Source: Amoebophrya sp. A120
Lineage: Eukaryota > Protista > Dinoflagellata
Reading direction: 5' to 3'
NCBI GenBank assembly: GCA_905178155.1
Contig: CAJINV010000002.1
Location: 11,014,634 to 11,078,633 of the forward strand
DNA length: 64,000 nucleotides
Shown piece after piece: positions 22,407 through 32,202 of the stretch. Every line of letters starts with the position of its first letter. The first letter of the stretch is position 1. The position numbers and the translations under genes were made by a program. The notes below the pieces were generated by a model. The model was not told the DNA's origin, did no database searches, and saw nothing but the letters and a program-made list of their open reading frames with translations.

Positions 22407-24771
22407 ATGTTGCACATCACAAGAATCGCCGCGGTTTTGCACGGCCTCAGGCTTTCATTTGTGGCTGGGGTGAACTACGGCCAACGCAATGAGCATTTCC
22501 TGCAGCAGGAACAAACTCAAGTACACGTGCAGCATGAATTTCTTGCTGTCGGCAGGGCCTCGCCAACTGGTTCTACTTGCCCGACCGGGTGGCCGAAAGT
22601 GTACGTGTACGATCTTCCGGACCAGGAAGTGCTGATATGAGAGTGCACAAACGGTCGTCTCGCGTTGATGTGATGTTCCATGCAGAAATAAGATGTTTCA
22701 CTTCGTCCATCACGCATGATATATACCAAAATCCCTCTGTGTGCCCCCGACATCACATTTATTTCAGGATGACGGGATCCGCCCAGGTAACGCCAGAATA
22801 GATGTGCGCGAATTTGTCATGCAGAAACGAGCTGCGTGCCGAGCGGGAGCCCCAGCCTGACGCTATAGTTAGTGCGCCAGTGGTGGGTCATGCCCTTGCA
22901 ATGAGCAATGAGGGGATTCATTGTGCACTCTCATAGCCACCCAATGGGCGTGAAATTGTTTGGCGGGAGGATGCGTACTGCGAAAGAGCCCACCCGTCTG
23001 GCTCAGCCGAGGAACGCGATTGCGTTTTTGGTCCGGAATTCTCGGTTACGATCGACTCGCCGCCAACCAACCTGACGCTTCGCAGCACTGTATCAACCTG
23101 AAAAGTGTGCCTGACTCAGGAGCGAGCGCGAAAGAATGTTTGCCATGGATTTATCACGACTGCCACACAGAAATAAAAGATGGCTCTAGAAGATTCTATC
23201 GGATTTTGCCTTGTCAACTTGGTTTCGTTCGGGTGAAGTGCCAAGCCCGGCGCAGAAGTATCTTCTCTTGAGCCATGCAACGAAGGCTTTGCTCTCGCAG
23301 TTCCGAGGTACTAGGAGCACTTTTTATTTTGATACACTGATCAGTTTCGAAATGGTCGCATCTTCCAGTCACGCCTGACCCGCACGGCCTGCCGAGTGGC
23401 GAATGCCACACTCGTATCACAGAGAAGAAAGCTAGTATAGCAGAGTGTTCGCAAAATCAAAAACAATGCAAGAGTAATTTATGCATGAAGATGACCACTG
23501 CTGCACGACGGCTCGTATTGTTCAGAACAGCACTTGGTCTGCACTTGCCGACGACACGAGATTACATTTTTTGCGTTGCACTTGCTCCTGCTTAATTCTG
23601 TGTGATAACTTGCCGATGTGTTTTTCGTGCCTATTTGGCGTGAAAACATCAATCCGGACCCGGCCAAGTGCCCAACGGCAGAGGAAGTTTTAACTGCTCT
23701 TCCCTACCTATCGGATGCAACTGCGAGCAAGCACTTTCTGATGTCTCCGCGTGTCGGTGGATTGTCCGACGATGTCTGCGATTTTTGGAAAAGCGACGAG
23801 CCGTTAATCCAAAAAATCAGAAAGCTGGCCCTGGAAGACGAATTTTGCTGCAAGAGGGAGGCGTGTATGGTGGACTTTTCGCGACCGGAGCGTGCGATTC
23901 CGTATCCGACCCTTGGCGGCGGTTTGACCAGTACGCAACTCGACCACCTGTTCGCCACCGTCGATGCAACGCAGCAAACCGACCGCACGGATTTGGTCAT
24001 GGCCGCTCTCGGGAAACGGGACTGCTGCAATGCCGCTTCGGGCGTCCGCGATCTCTGGAGTGCACATTGCGTATCCCTCGCAAAAGAAATGATTATTCGT
24101 TCTTTGCACGCAATCACGAAAATTTGAATTTCAATATGTAGTACTTGCACATCGTAGTTTTCAACTTGGTTCCGAGTCCAACTGTTCATGTAGACTGAGA
24201 CACGAATATGATTATGAACTGGAACTGGAAGATCGGTTTGGTGATACCAAATTTGATGTAGCTGTGTGAGTGCTGAAGATGTGACCACGCGCGTCGACAC
24301 CAGAAAATTATTATCTTTTGCATTGGATAGCGCAGCGACAGCGACCATTGCGTTTTGGTGGACCCCACGGTGAAGGGCATGCTCCCTGGGTTGGTCAAAG
24401 TCATGATGCGTTCCACGTTTTGCTTGCAGCCGGAGGGAGACACTCCGTCTCGCAAAGGGTTGCTGGACAGCCTTGCGCTGGGATGTATTCCGGTCCTTTC
24501 GTCCGAGAAGCAGCAGAAGCTGTGGCGATGGCATCTGGGAGACTGGAAAGATTTTTCTGTTCTGGCGCCAGGTTCTACCACGGGGCAATCCTCCTGCTGT
24601 GGCGGTGGCGACAGCGTGGTCGAGTTTCTGCACGGGGTAAACGCGACCACGATCGCAAAACTGCAGGCAGGCGGTCGGGTTGCCCGGACGAAAATCATCA
24701 CGCATTGGACCGACACCGACTCGAACGATGCAATTACGGTCACGCTGAAAGCCATACAGGATGGAAAATGA
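22407..24771 (+). CDS. GT47/exostosin-family glycosyltransferase, copy 2; exons 22407-22628, 22937-23089, 23339-23413, 23612-24070, 24331-24771
   Basis: Same motifs as copy 1 (KVYVYDLP, TDQF, FFVPIW, STFCLQPEGDTPSRKGLLDSLALGCIPV) and the same four TIR-bounded intron positions (22629-22936, 23090-23338, 23414-23611, 24071-24330). Confidence 0.88.
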
Positions 24772-26555
24772 GAGAGCTGTTGCACGACACCGACGGCTTA
24801 CTGATGATTTATCTCACAAGTAATAGAACAACTACAGCGGCACCGCGCGACGACTACACTGAAGCGGACCACGCTGAAGCGTTAGTTCCTCTAGGAGTTG
24901 AGACTTAATACGAAAGTTCTACTCGAAGTGCGTGCTGTCCTTTATTTCTAAGCATTTATGATTTATTAGCATTCAAAAAAAACAAAAAGTAAGAGGTATA
25001 ATCCAAGTTATTTTGTTAACATGTTCTCGGCATGATCAACATGATTGAACTACAGATTCAGGTACGTAAAAAAGTACATGGGGCTATGAACACGCTGACG
25101 CGTGAAGGACGAAGCACTAACATCACAGGTTTTTTTAGCATGCTCATATTGATCAGTACTAACAAGTAGAAGTACATAGCCTCAGGTTGTACTTGCGTGA
25201 ATCTATTGGTGATTTTCGTGGTCGACAGCTCGAGACCAATTTCTGATTCGTAACATGAGCCATCATGTAGCATTCGCGAGAGGAGGATTCTGGTTTTTTA
25301 ACCTGTAACTACAAAAGGTGATTAAAAAAGAGCGGCGACGAGGTAGACTTTCTTTCACGCACAAAAAGAGCGTCGACATGACGACTCAAGTACCTAGATG
25401 CTATATGCGGCGTTCTGAATCTGATGGAAAGCGAAAGAGAATAGAGAAGGGAAAGGGTGCCCCTGCTTCGCCGCCTGTAGGAGACCAACCTTGATGTCGT
25501 TGTCTAGTATTGCTGCTGCCCACGTGTTCTCCTCGTAGTTTTTGTTTGTCGTGCTTATCCTCGCCATTGCAGCTGTGACTTTCGCAGTCGTCATCGACTC
25601 GCTTCGAGGGGGATGGTTATTGGTATTATCGATCACGAAGACGATTGACGATGTCAGAGCCAGCTTTTCCATAGCAGCTGCAAGTTGAGCCGTCTACCAG
25701 ACGGAATTATCTGTCTGCCTCAGTGCCGTCTATTTTTTCGGAAAAAAAATGACAGGAGAGAAAATGAAAATCGAAGTCCTTGTCACGTTGATTGAGCGAG
25801 GACACAGAGACAGAATTATGTAGGCGGTCGTGATCTCTACTTGCGATGATGCCAAATGGCCATAATATAGTGTCGTGTTGTCTCGAAAAAATACGGAGTT
25901 CAGTATTGAATTTGGTAAATAAGTCGTCGAAGAAAGCTAAAGCAACTCGAAACAAGGAAGTTAGTTGGTAAATTGTTGTTACAATTATGATGAACGTCGA
26001 AAAAGTAGGCAACTTTCTTTCCCCTAGCAATGAAGTAGAAGTGGATGCCTGCGAGGTGCTGGGCTGCCGAAATAAAGCAGCACACCAGGCGGAAGTGAGC
26101 CATCTTAGGATCATCGTTGACCGCGCCGTGCCAACCGACACAAAAACGATTCCGTTTCCGGTTTCATCCCCGTGGTGTGCGAGCGCGATTGTTTAAACAT
26201 TCAGTATTCTCCCCAGGATTTCGATCTCCGCGCACCGCTGCTCCTTCTTTTTTCTCTTTCACGACCTCTGTCTACTATGCGCATGCCGCTGCTGCTACTT
26301 CTTCTGCTCTTCCGGTTGGGCCTTCTGAGTCTGTTACCCCGAGGACGAATCAAAACCTACCGCCATCCACCGGGCGCATCGTCAGCCTTTGACGTGTTTT
26401 TCGGCTTCGCATAAAATTAACTTTTGCATTATGTACGAAACTACAATTTCTACACGACCTGGTGTGGTAGACCAGTGCAGCAGATACAGATTCAGCAAGC
26501 GCATGATGTATGAAGATGCTGGGAAAGGTTTTGCAAGGCATAGTTCGGGGAGGCA

Positions 26556-27616
26556 GTGAGGGTGAAGACTGAAGAAACACAAGCTCCGACTGAGTCCGGA
26601 GATCGGTCACGCCCAGGAGGTGTACTGCGAGTGATGTCCTCTGCTCAACAAGATGTTGCTGCCGCCGCATTAGTGAACTCCGTTGACACTACTTATGGTC
26701 TGATGCGAATTATGAAGCTGCCACATCAACAGAATTTTGACGATGTCGATGTAGAAAAGGCAGGCACGCGATTGAAATTGGCGGACGTGGATGAGCTAGA
26801 AAACCCAGCAGCAGGCGACGGGAGGCGCAGTGCGTCTTTGCGTCGTGCAGTCAACGACCTCAATATCATGGAGGAGCACGAGCAGGACGGGTCACGCCAG
26901 CATCTGCATCAACCTGCTGAGTTTTCTGGACCCGCACCCGAAGTACGACAAGGGGCACCAGCACCACGACCTTCTCGGAACAGTTTTGCAGGTGCGTCTT
27001 CTCTCGTTAGCTCGAAACCCACTGCTGGGCCTCGTCCTGCCGTCGCAGCAACTTCCAGTGGTCAAAATGTTCTGAAGTCTACTGAGCCCCGTGGCGGCTC
27101 TGCTGGTGTTGAGATAATCTTCCGAAGAAGAGACAAAAGCATCGAGGAAACGCTGGATCGCCTCGTGCGGAGACGGCAGATTGCACTCGACGTGCAGCAG
27201 CAGCAACAAGAGGACAACAAAGTCAAATACCTTGATCGACGAGCACGAGATGTTGGTGAAGCTGATGGAGGAGAGCGACCTGACGCTGCGGTCAAGCACT
27301 CTGGCGGCGGAAATGATCCCAGTCACCAAGCAGAGCAAGAAGATCGTATCCTGTGTAAAAACGCACTTTTTTAGTCACGCTCAGGTAGAAGTAGAGTAGA
27401 AGTAGGAGTTGTGTTGCGAAGCTGCATGTAGTCCTGAAGCGTAAACGTACCAGAGACGCTTGCGTAAGTACGTTTTTACAGAGGATAGATCGTATCAAAT
27501 TCGCCGCAGGAGGAGAAGGCAAAAAAGCTGCAGAGAGGAACACGCAGGTGCTTTTACTAGCACATGATGATCAAGATGTTGCTGTTGGTCAAGATTTGGG
27601 CGGGAAAAACTTTGAG
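26556..27616 (+). CDS. Exons of a hypothetical protein (ORF 26556-27345 continuing after the introner at 27492); ends unresolved
   Basis: Removing the introner extends the 272-aa frame (…QEDR|IKFAAGGEGKK…) to a GT at 27617. It may splice onward to the 28450 ORF. Confidence 0.5.
27347..27487 (+). mobile_element. Short introner (141 bp) with TSD GATCG
   Basis: TATCCTGTGTAAAAACGCACTT pairs with AAGTACGTTTTTACAGAGGATA (20/22 complementary); GATCG at 27342-27346 and 27488-27492. Confidence 0.9.
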
Positions 27617-28449
27617 GTATCGTTAGAAGGTAGTTGTACAACTACTTCATGATAATACGTATCAGTGCTTTTTTTAAGTCATTATCACTGTGTGTTTATG
27701 GAAGTCACCAGAAGGCTCAGTGGAAATACGAGTTCGACTTGTTTGTCTTTTCCGTCCTAAGCTCGGTGGAGTTCTCGTTTCCGGTGCGCTTTACTGCATT
27801 CGCAAGAAGCAAGCCGCTGGGCCTTTCAAGCTTGGGGTCTTGTTTTCCTGTTCGACATCCACGGAACCCAAGAGGCGGCGGGTTCTGTGGCTGGTTCGTC
27901 GGGGGTTAAGGATGCTCTCCAGCTCTTAGGACTGCATCTTTTGAACACTGAGCGTGAGGGTGGTAGCGCGAGGTGGACCTCATTTGAGCTTCCCTTCACT
28001 GCTAAAACGGGTGGTGTTGCGTCGCTCGAATTGCCTGGCTCTCAATGCAATCCAGCGCAGACAATTAACATTCAGGAAACCAACGACAGGACGAGGGCAG
28101 CTCTTCAAGCTCGCCTGACAAAGAAATAGTTTTTTGTCTAAGAAGCTTGCACTACATTGTCTTTTCCGTCCGATTTGTTTGTCAGGACGAGGGCAGGTCC
28201 AGGTGGGTCGAAGATGAGTAACTTAGGAGATATGATTCCGTACACGTACAGGTTCAGAACCGCCGAGGACAGAGTTTCGACTCCAGCCTGCAACCGAGTA
28301 AGAACCAAACAACAAGCCCGACGAGTCACAAGTCTCTGCGGCGCGACGGTTCTCCCGCTTTTCTTGACCAGGAGATAGAGTCCCACCAGTCGGCCCTCCT
28401 CCAGGGAACGGCCTCCCGGAGCGCTGCTGCGACACGCACCAGTTCGACT

Positions 28450-30693
28450 TTGGTGTGGCTCCTGTTTGTGTGCGGCCTCGTTGTGTCAATGATTCTCGTT
28501 CTGCGCGTGCAGAACAAGAACTTCAATCCGACCGCCCTGCTTCTCAACACGACCCCGAGGTGGCCGACTAACTTGCTTCCTTCGTGGCCGCTTTTAAGAG
28601 GCACCTGGAAGATGACAACCGAGGCCAACGGGACGGGGTTCTTCGTTGCGTCTTTTCGGGAAAAAGGTGGTCAAAGCCCATACACGATCCATCGGAACAA
28701 ACAGCCCGACGGTGCGCAGCAACCCGTTGCAACACAGAGAAGAGAGGAAGATGAAGATGCACTCCTTCGCACACGAGCGTCCGTGTCAGGAAGAAGGAGA
28801 AGTAGGTTGGCGAACAGCACGTCAAAGTCGAGGAAGATGCGGCGGCAAAACAAAGCCGCGCCCCTGGTACCGGAGCGGGTTTCTCGCGCAACAGGCGCCG
28901 AGAAGCAAGGCGTTGCGGCTGGAAGCCGTGCCAATATTACGCCCTCTTGTAGTCTTCTTTGTGCGACGAAGGAGTATGAACATGGCGACTACGATGGTTT
29001 GCGTTCATTGCGCTTGCTTTCCTCGCCTGCGTTGCAAGTAGGCGGCCGCCGGCAGGTATGCAGGTTGCAAGGCGAGATCGTGGCGTTGCCGGAGACCGGG
29101 ATTTCTATTGCAGAGCATTCGACTTCTGGCGACCTCTTTGGCAAAACGCGGGCTGCCCCATTTTTCGATGAAGACGCTGCCCAGCAGGCCATTTGCAGCC
29201 CGTTTACAGAGACCGCCTGCCTTTTTTGGGAGGCAAGCATCATACAGGAGGGCGGGGCCGGAGGCTTCGAGGTTGGGTCACGGAGCCTTTGCCAGCGCCA
29301 CGCCTGCGTCTCTGGAGGATTCGGGATTCGGCTGGCGAACAGCGAGAAAGTTGTGCTCGTCAGCGAAACCGACGCCGTCTGCCTCATGGTGGAACAGATG
29401 AGGTTTTCGGAGAGGATTCCCCCTCATTCGTCGCATTCACGTGGTCCCGGCGCCATGGCTGCTCGTTCGGCGCCCCTCGTGGCGCCGAGAACAAAAGCAG
29501 CACACGGTCGGGTTTTACCTACGGAGCAGACCGCGCCAGAACAACATGCCTATGGTGCGACGAGCCTGGTCCTTCGGCCGGCTTTTCGGCCGGCGGTCCG
29601 CGAGGTGTTGGACCTAGATGCTGTCCGTTGGAAGCGGGAGCGGGAGGAACTGCGGGGACCTCATGATGTTGACAAGACACGAACGCCCTTCTCTACTACG
29701 ACTACTGTTCCTTCAAACTGCATTTCAACAACGTCTCGGGAAGTGCTCGAAGCCAGGGCCCGGGGGTTTTTCCAATTCGCCGATGCTCCTTTCCGCTCAC
29801 AACCGCGCGGAAGGAACCTTTGCCGGTACTATGACGATGGGGTCCATGAAGAAATCGACCTTTACGAAGATGATCGCGAATGCGAGTCGGAACAGCGTGC
29901 CGCTTCACTGCCACGGGTCGAGACCGGCTTCCAAGACTGCAACGCCGCACAATTTTATGCGCAGGGACATCAACTACTGACAGAGACAGAACGGGCGCGG
30001 GGCGAGCAGCTCTTCGGTCAAGAGTTCCAAAATGGCGCAACTCTGCTTTTGAAAGAACAGTGTCTTTGCGCAGGGATGACTGTAACGGCGGTGGGAGAGG
30101 TGCGAACTCTTAATAACGGACAGCTCGGGCTGTTTGGAGTCCGTCCCGAGGACATCAGTTCTCTTCGCGGACCATACAGAGACGAATGCAACACTTCGGC
30201 GGACGTCCATGATACTGCAAATCATCCGACTACATCAACAACAACCAGAACATCATCTGCAGCGGACCTGACATCCTGGGAGCGCGACCTGCTACTCCGC
30301 AACTGCTGTGTGCGGAAGGACGCGGCCGGGTTGCTCAAGAACTACGGGGAAGAAAGGCAGCGACGCCGCATTCTCCTTTCGGATCGGCAGGATTTCCACA
30401 GCGATGTTGAACATGCTAGACGAGTCAATACAACGAGCGGACTGTCAGTGTCCTCGCGTGTCGCTTCGTCGCGCAACAACGAGCAAAAAAGAGGTGGGCC
30501 GCAAAAAAACACCACCAAAAGCGGAGCGGATCGACTCGAGCAGTTGTCGCAACCGTCGCGAACCATTTCGACCAACACCACAGCCAAGGGTGGACAGGTA
30601 GAAGCGCCGGCTGGTGGGGGTGGAGAGAAGCCGGTCCCGGGCGTCCACATCCAGCAGACGAATCCGACACTCGGTCGCCAATTTTTTCTCTGA
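28450..30693 (+). CDS. Membrane-anchored protein with a possible GIDE (MUL1-type) domain; probably an internal or terminal exon
   Basis: N-terminal hydrophobic segment; ICSPFTETACLFWE and LKEQCLCAGMTVTAVGEV...GQL...ILLSD resemble GIDE motifs. The ORF does not start with ATG. Confidence 0.55.
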   Translation: MVWLLFVCGLVVSMILVLRVQNKNFNPTALLLNTTPRWPTNLLPSWPLLRGTWKMTTEANGTGFFVASFREKGGQSPYTIHRNKQPDGAQQPVATQRREEDEDALLRTRASVSGRRRSRLANSTSKSRKMRRQNKAAPLVPERVSRATGAEKQGVAAGSRANITPSCSLLCATKEYEHGDYDGLRSLRLLSSPALQVGGRRQVCRLQGEIVALPETGISIAEHSTSGDLFGKTRAAPFFDEDAAQQAICSPFTETACLFWEASIIQEGGAGGFEVGSRSLCQRHACVSGGFGIRLANSEKVVLVSETDAVCLMVEQMRFSERIPPHSSHSRGPGAMAARSAPLVAPRTKAAHGRVLPTEQTAPEQHAYGATSLVLRPAFRPAVREVLDLDAVRWKREREELRGPHDVDKTRTPFSTTTTVPSNCISTTSREVLEARARGFFQFADAPFRSQPRGRNLCRYYDDGVHEEIDLYEDDRECESEQRAASLPRVETGFQDCNAAQFYAQGHQLLTETERARGEQLFGQEFQNGATLLLKEQCLCAGMTVTAVGEVRTLNNGQLGLFGVRPEDISSLRGPYRDECNTSADVHDTANHPTTSTTTRTSSAADLTSWERDLLLRNCCVRKDAAGLLKNYGEERQRRRILLSDRQDFHSDVEHARRVNTTSGLSVSSRVASSRNNEQKRGGPQKNTTKSGADRLEQLSQPSRTISTNTTAKGGQVEAPAGGGGEKPVPGVHIQQTNPTLGRQFFL

Positions 30694-31068
30694 TTCTTGC
30701 ACACAAAATTAGGCAAAGCGGTACAAACTGACCATAGCAAGCAAAAATCTTCACTGTCCCATCGGTCATTTTTTTCCTATGCATCTCCCGTTTAGGCGTA
30801 TTAGCATCGTCATGAGTCATCCTCGCGAGTGAGCTTCCGCAAACGCTGCAAAGTGGCCCTCAATTCATCTTTCGCTAATATGCTTCAATGTCTCTGGCTC
30901 TTCCTTATGCGCCTCTTGCTGTTACGCATTTTATATCTGGCATTGCGATTTCCTTTAGCTCAAGAGCTTGCAGGTCTCTACGAATTCCTTGCAGAAAAAT
31001 CCCCAAAAGCATACCCCTAGCAAGTAGAATCAGAAAATCAATTGGTATCGCGACCCCAGCGGCCCAGG

Positions 31069-32202
31069 ATGACTAGATCGCTCTCCTCTCCGCCAACCTC
31101 CAGATCGCGACCACGGAAAATGGACGACACTGAGCACGAGGTTGCCCACCAGCCGCAGCTGACCGCCGTCCTCGTCCATTCGCATCAAGCAATCCGGATC
31201 AGATCAAGATCGACCCCACCCTCTATGCCGTCAAGCGAATTAAACACAAGGGATACGGAGATGGTCAACCTCCAAGATAGCGACATCCCGCCAGATACTT
31301 CGACGCAGAAAGAAAGACCAATTACGAGGGCAACCGCGATCGCATCCATGAGATCAGAATCAGCTCCACCAACCGCATTCTTCAAACAAAAAGCAATGCC
31401 GGCATCAACGTCCACGACATCCCCCCAAGAAATTACAATCCAAAAGAGGGACAGCGGCACTCTACCATCGAATCAAGTAGCTGTCAAAGCCGCTTTTCAT
31501 CCATCTAATGGCCGCGGCTGGAGCATCCTATCGACAGAAGACTTTCCGCAGCTCGTTACAGGTAGAAGCCGCGCCGCATCGAGTCATTATTGCGCCCCAG
31601 ACTTCAGCCGGCTGATTCCCGACCTCGCGAGATCAACTAGCAGAAAGCTGGCATCTTCATCCTCATCGAATTCGAGTGGCGCCATTACAAGCAAAAGTCG
31701 CCGCACATCAAGCAATAGTCCTCTACGAGTAGCATGGGGATCTATCCGGCTACAATTATCAAGCGGAGCAGCTGCATCCACCTCATCGAACTTTTCTCGG
31801 TCATCGAGCAAGCAAACTACCTCGACCTCAAATAGCGACCCCACGACGGTATCCGAAAAAGAAAAATTAATAACAGGAGGCAGCTCAAATCCGCATGTGT
31901 CAAGCTTCCCAGCAGCTGCGGCACTTTTCGCTGACACCTCTCCGGACGACGACACCATCGAAGAAGAAGAAGCCACAAATACGAGGAAAATCTCTTCGCC
32001 AAAGAAAAAGCGTCGAACAAAGAAAAAGCAGATAAGGAGTAGGTCGCTGATTTCAAACTGGCGTTGGCTGGAAGGTCTCTGGTGGGAAGAATTACTGATT
32101 AAAAAAGCCCAAGCCAAAGCCGAAAGGCCGCAGAAAAAGACGACAAAAGCCATCAGGACGTACCGTCACAGATCAGCGGATGGCTGCGCAGAAACCGCCT
32201 AG
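31069..32202 (+). CDS. Retroelement N-terminal ORF (Ser-rich, basic), in frame with the 3106-aa ORF
   Basis: First ATG at 31069; ends at TAG 32200-32202, after which the same frame stays open to 41613. Confidence 0.6.
   Translation: MTRSLSSPPTSRSRPRKMDDTEHEVAHQPQLTAVLVHSHQAIRIRSRSTPPSMPSSELNTRDTEMVNLQDSDIPPDTSTQKERPITRATAIASMRSESAPPTAFFKQKAMPASTSTTSPQEITIQKRDSGTLPSNQVAVKAAFHPSNGRGWSILSTEDFPQLVTGRSRAASSHYCAPDFSRLIPDLARSTSRKLASSSSSNSSGAITSKSRRTSSNSPLRVAWGSIRLQLSSGAAASTSSNFSRSSSKQTTSTSNSDPTTVSEKEKLITGGSSNPHVSSFPAAAALFADTSPDDDTIEEEEATNTRKISSPKKKRRTKKKQIRSRSLISNWRWLEGLWWEELLIKKAQAKAERPQKKTTKAIRTYRHRSADGCAETA

Larger units (their letters stand above)
10340..24800 (+). repeat. Tandem segmental duplication: ~10340-17265 versus ~18165-24800 (GT47 gene plus ~1.3 kb upstream)
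   Basis: Colinear matches such as GCGTCCGTTTCTATTTT (~10346/18170), GCATCGGTTTCAT, AATATCCATATCGC, all five exons and the sequence after the stop codon. Confidence 0.9.

Noticed and set aside
23704-24785. 333-aa and 199-aa minus-strand ORFs (similarly 16615-17205)
   Set aside because: Antisense to GT47 exons that carry clear family motifs.
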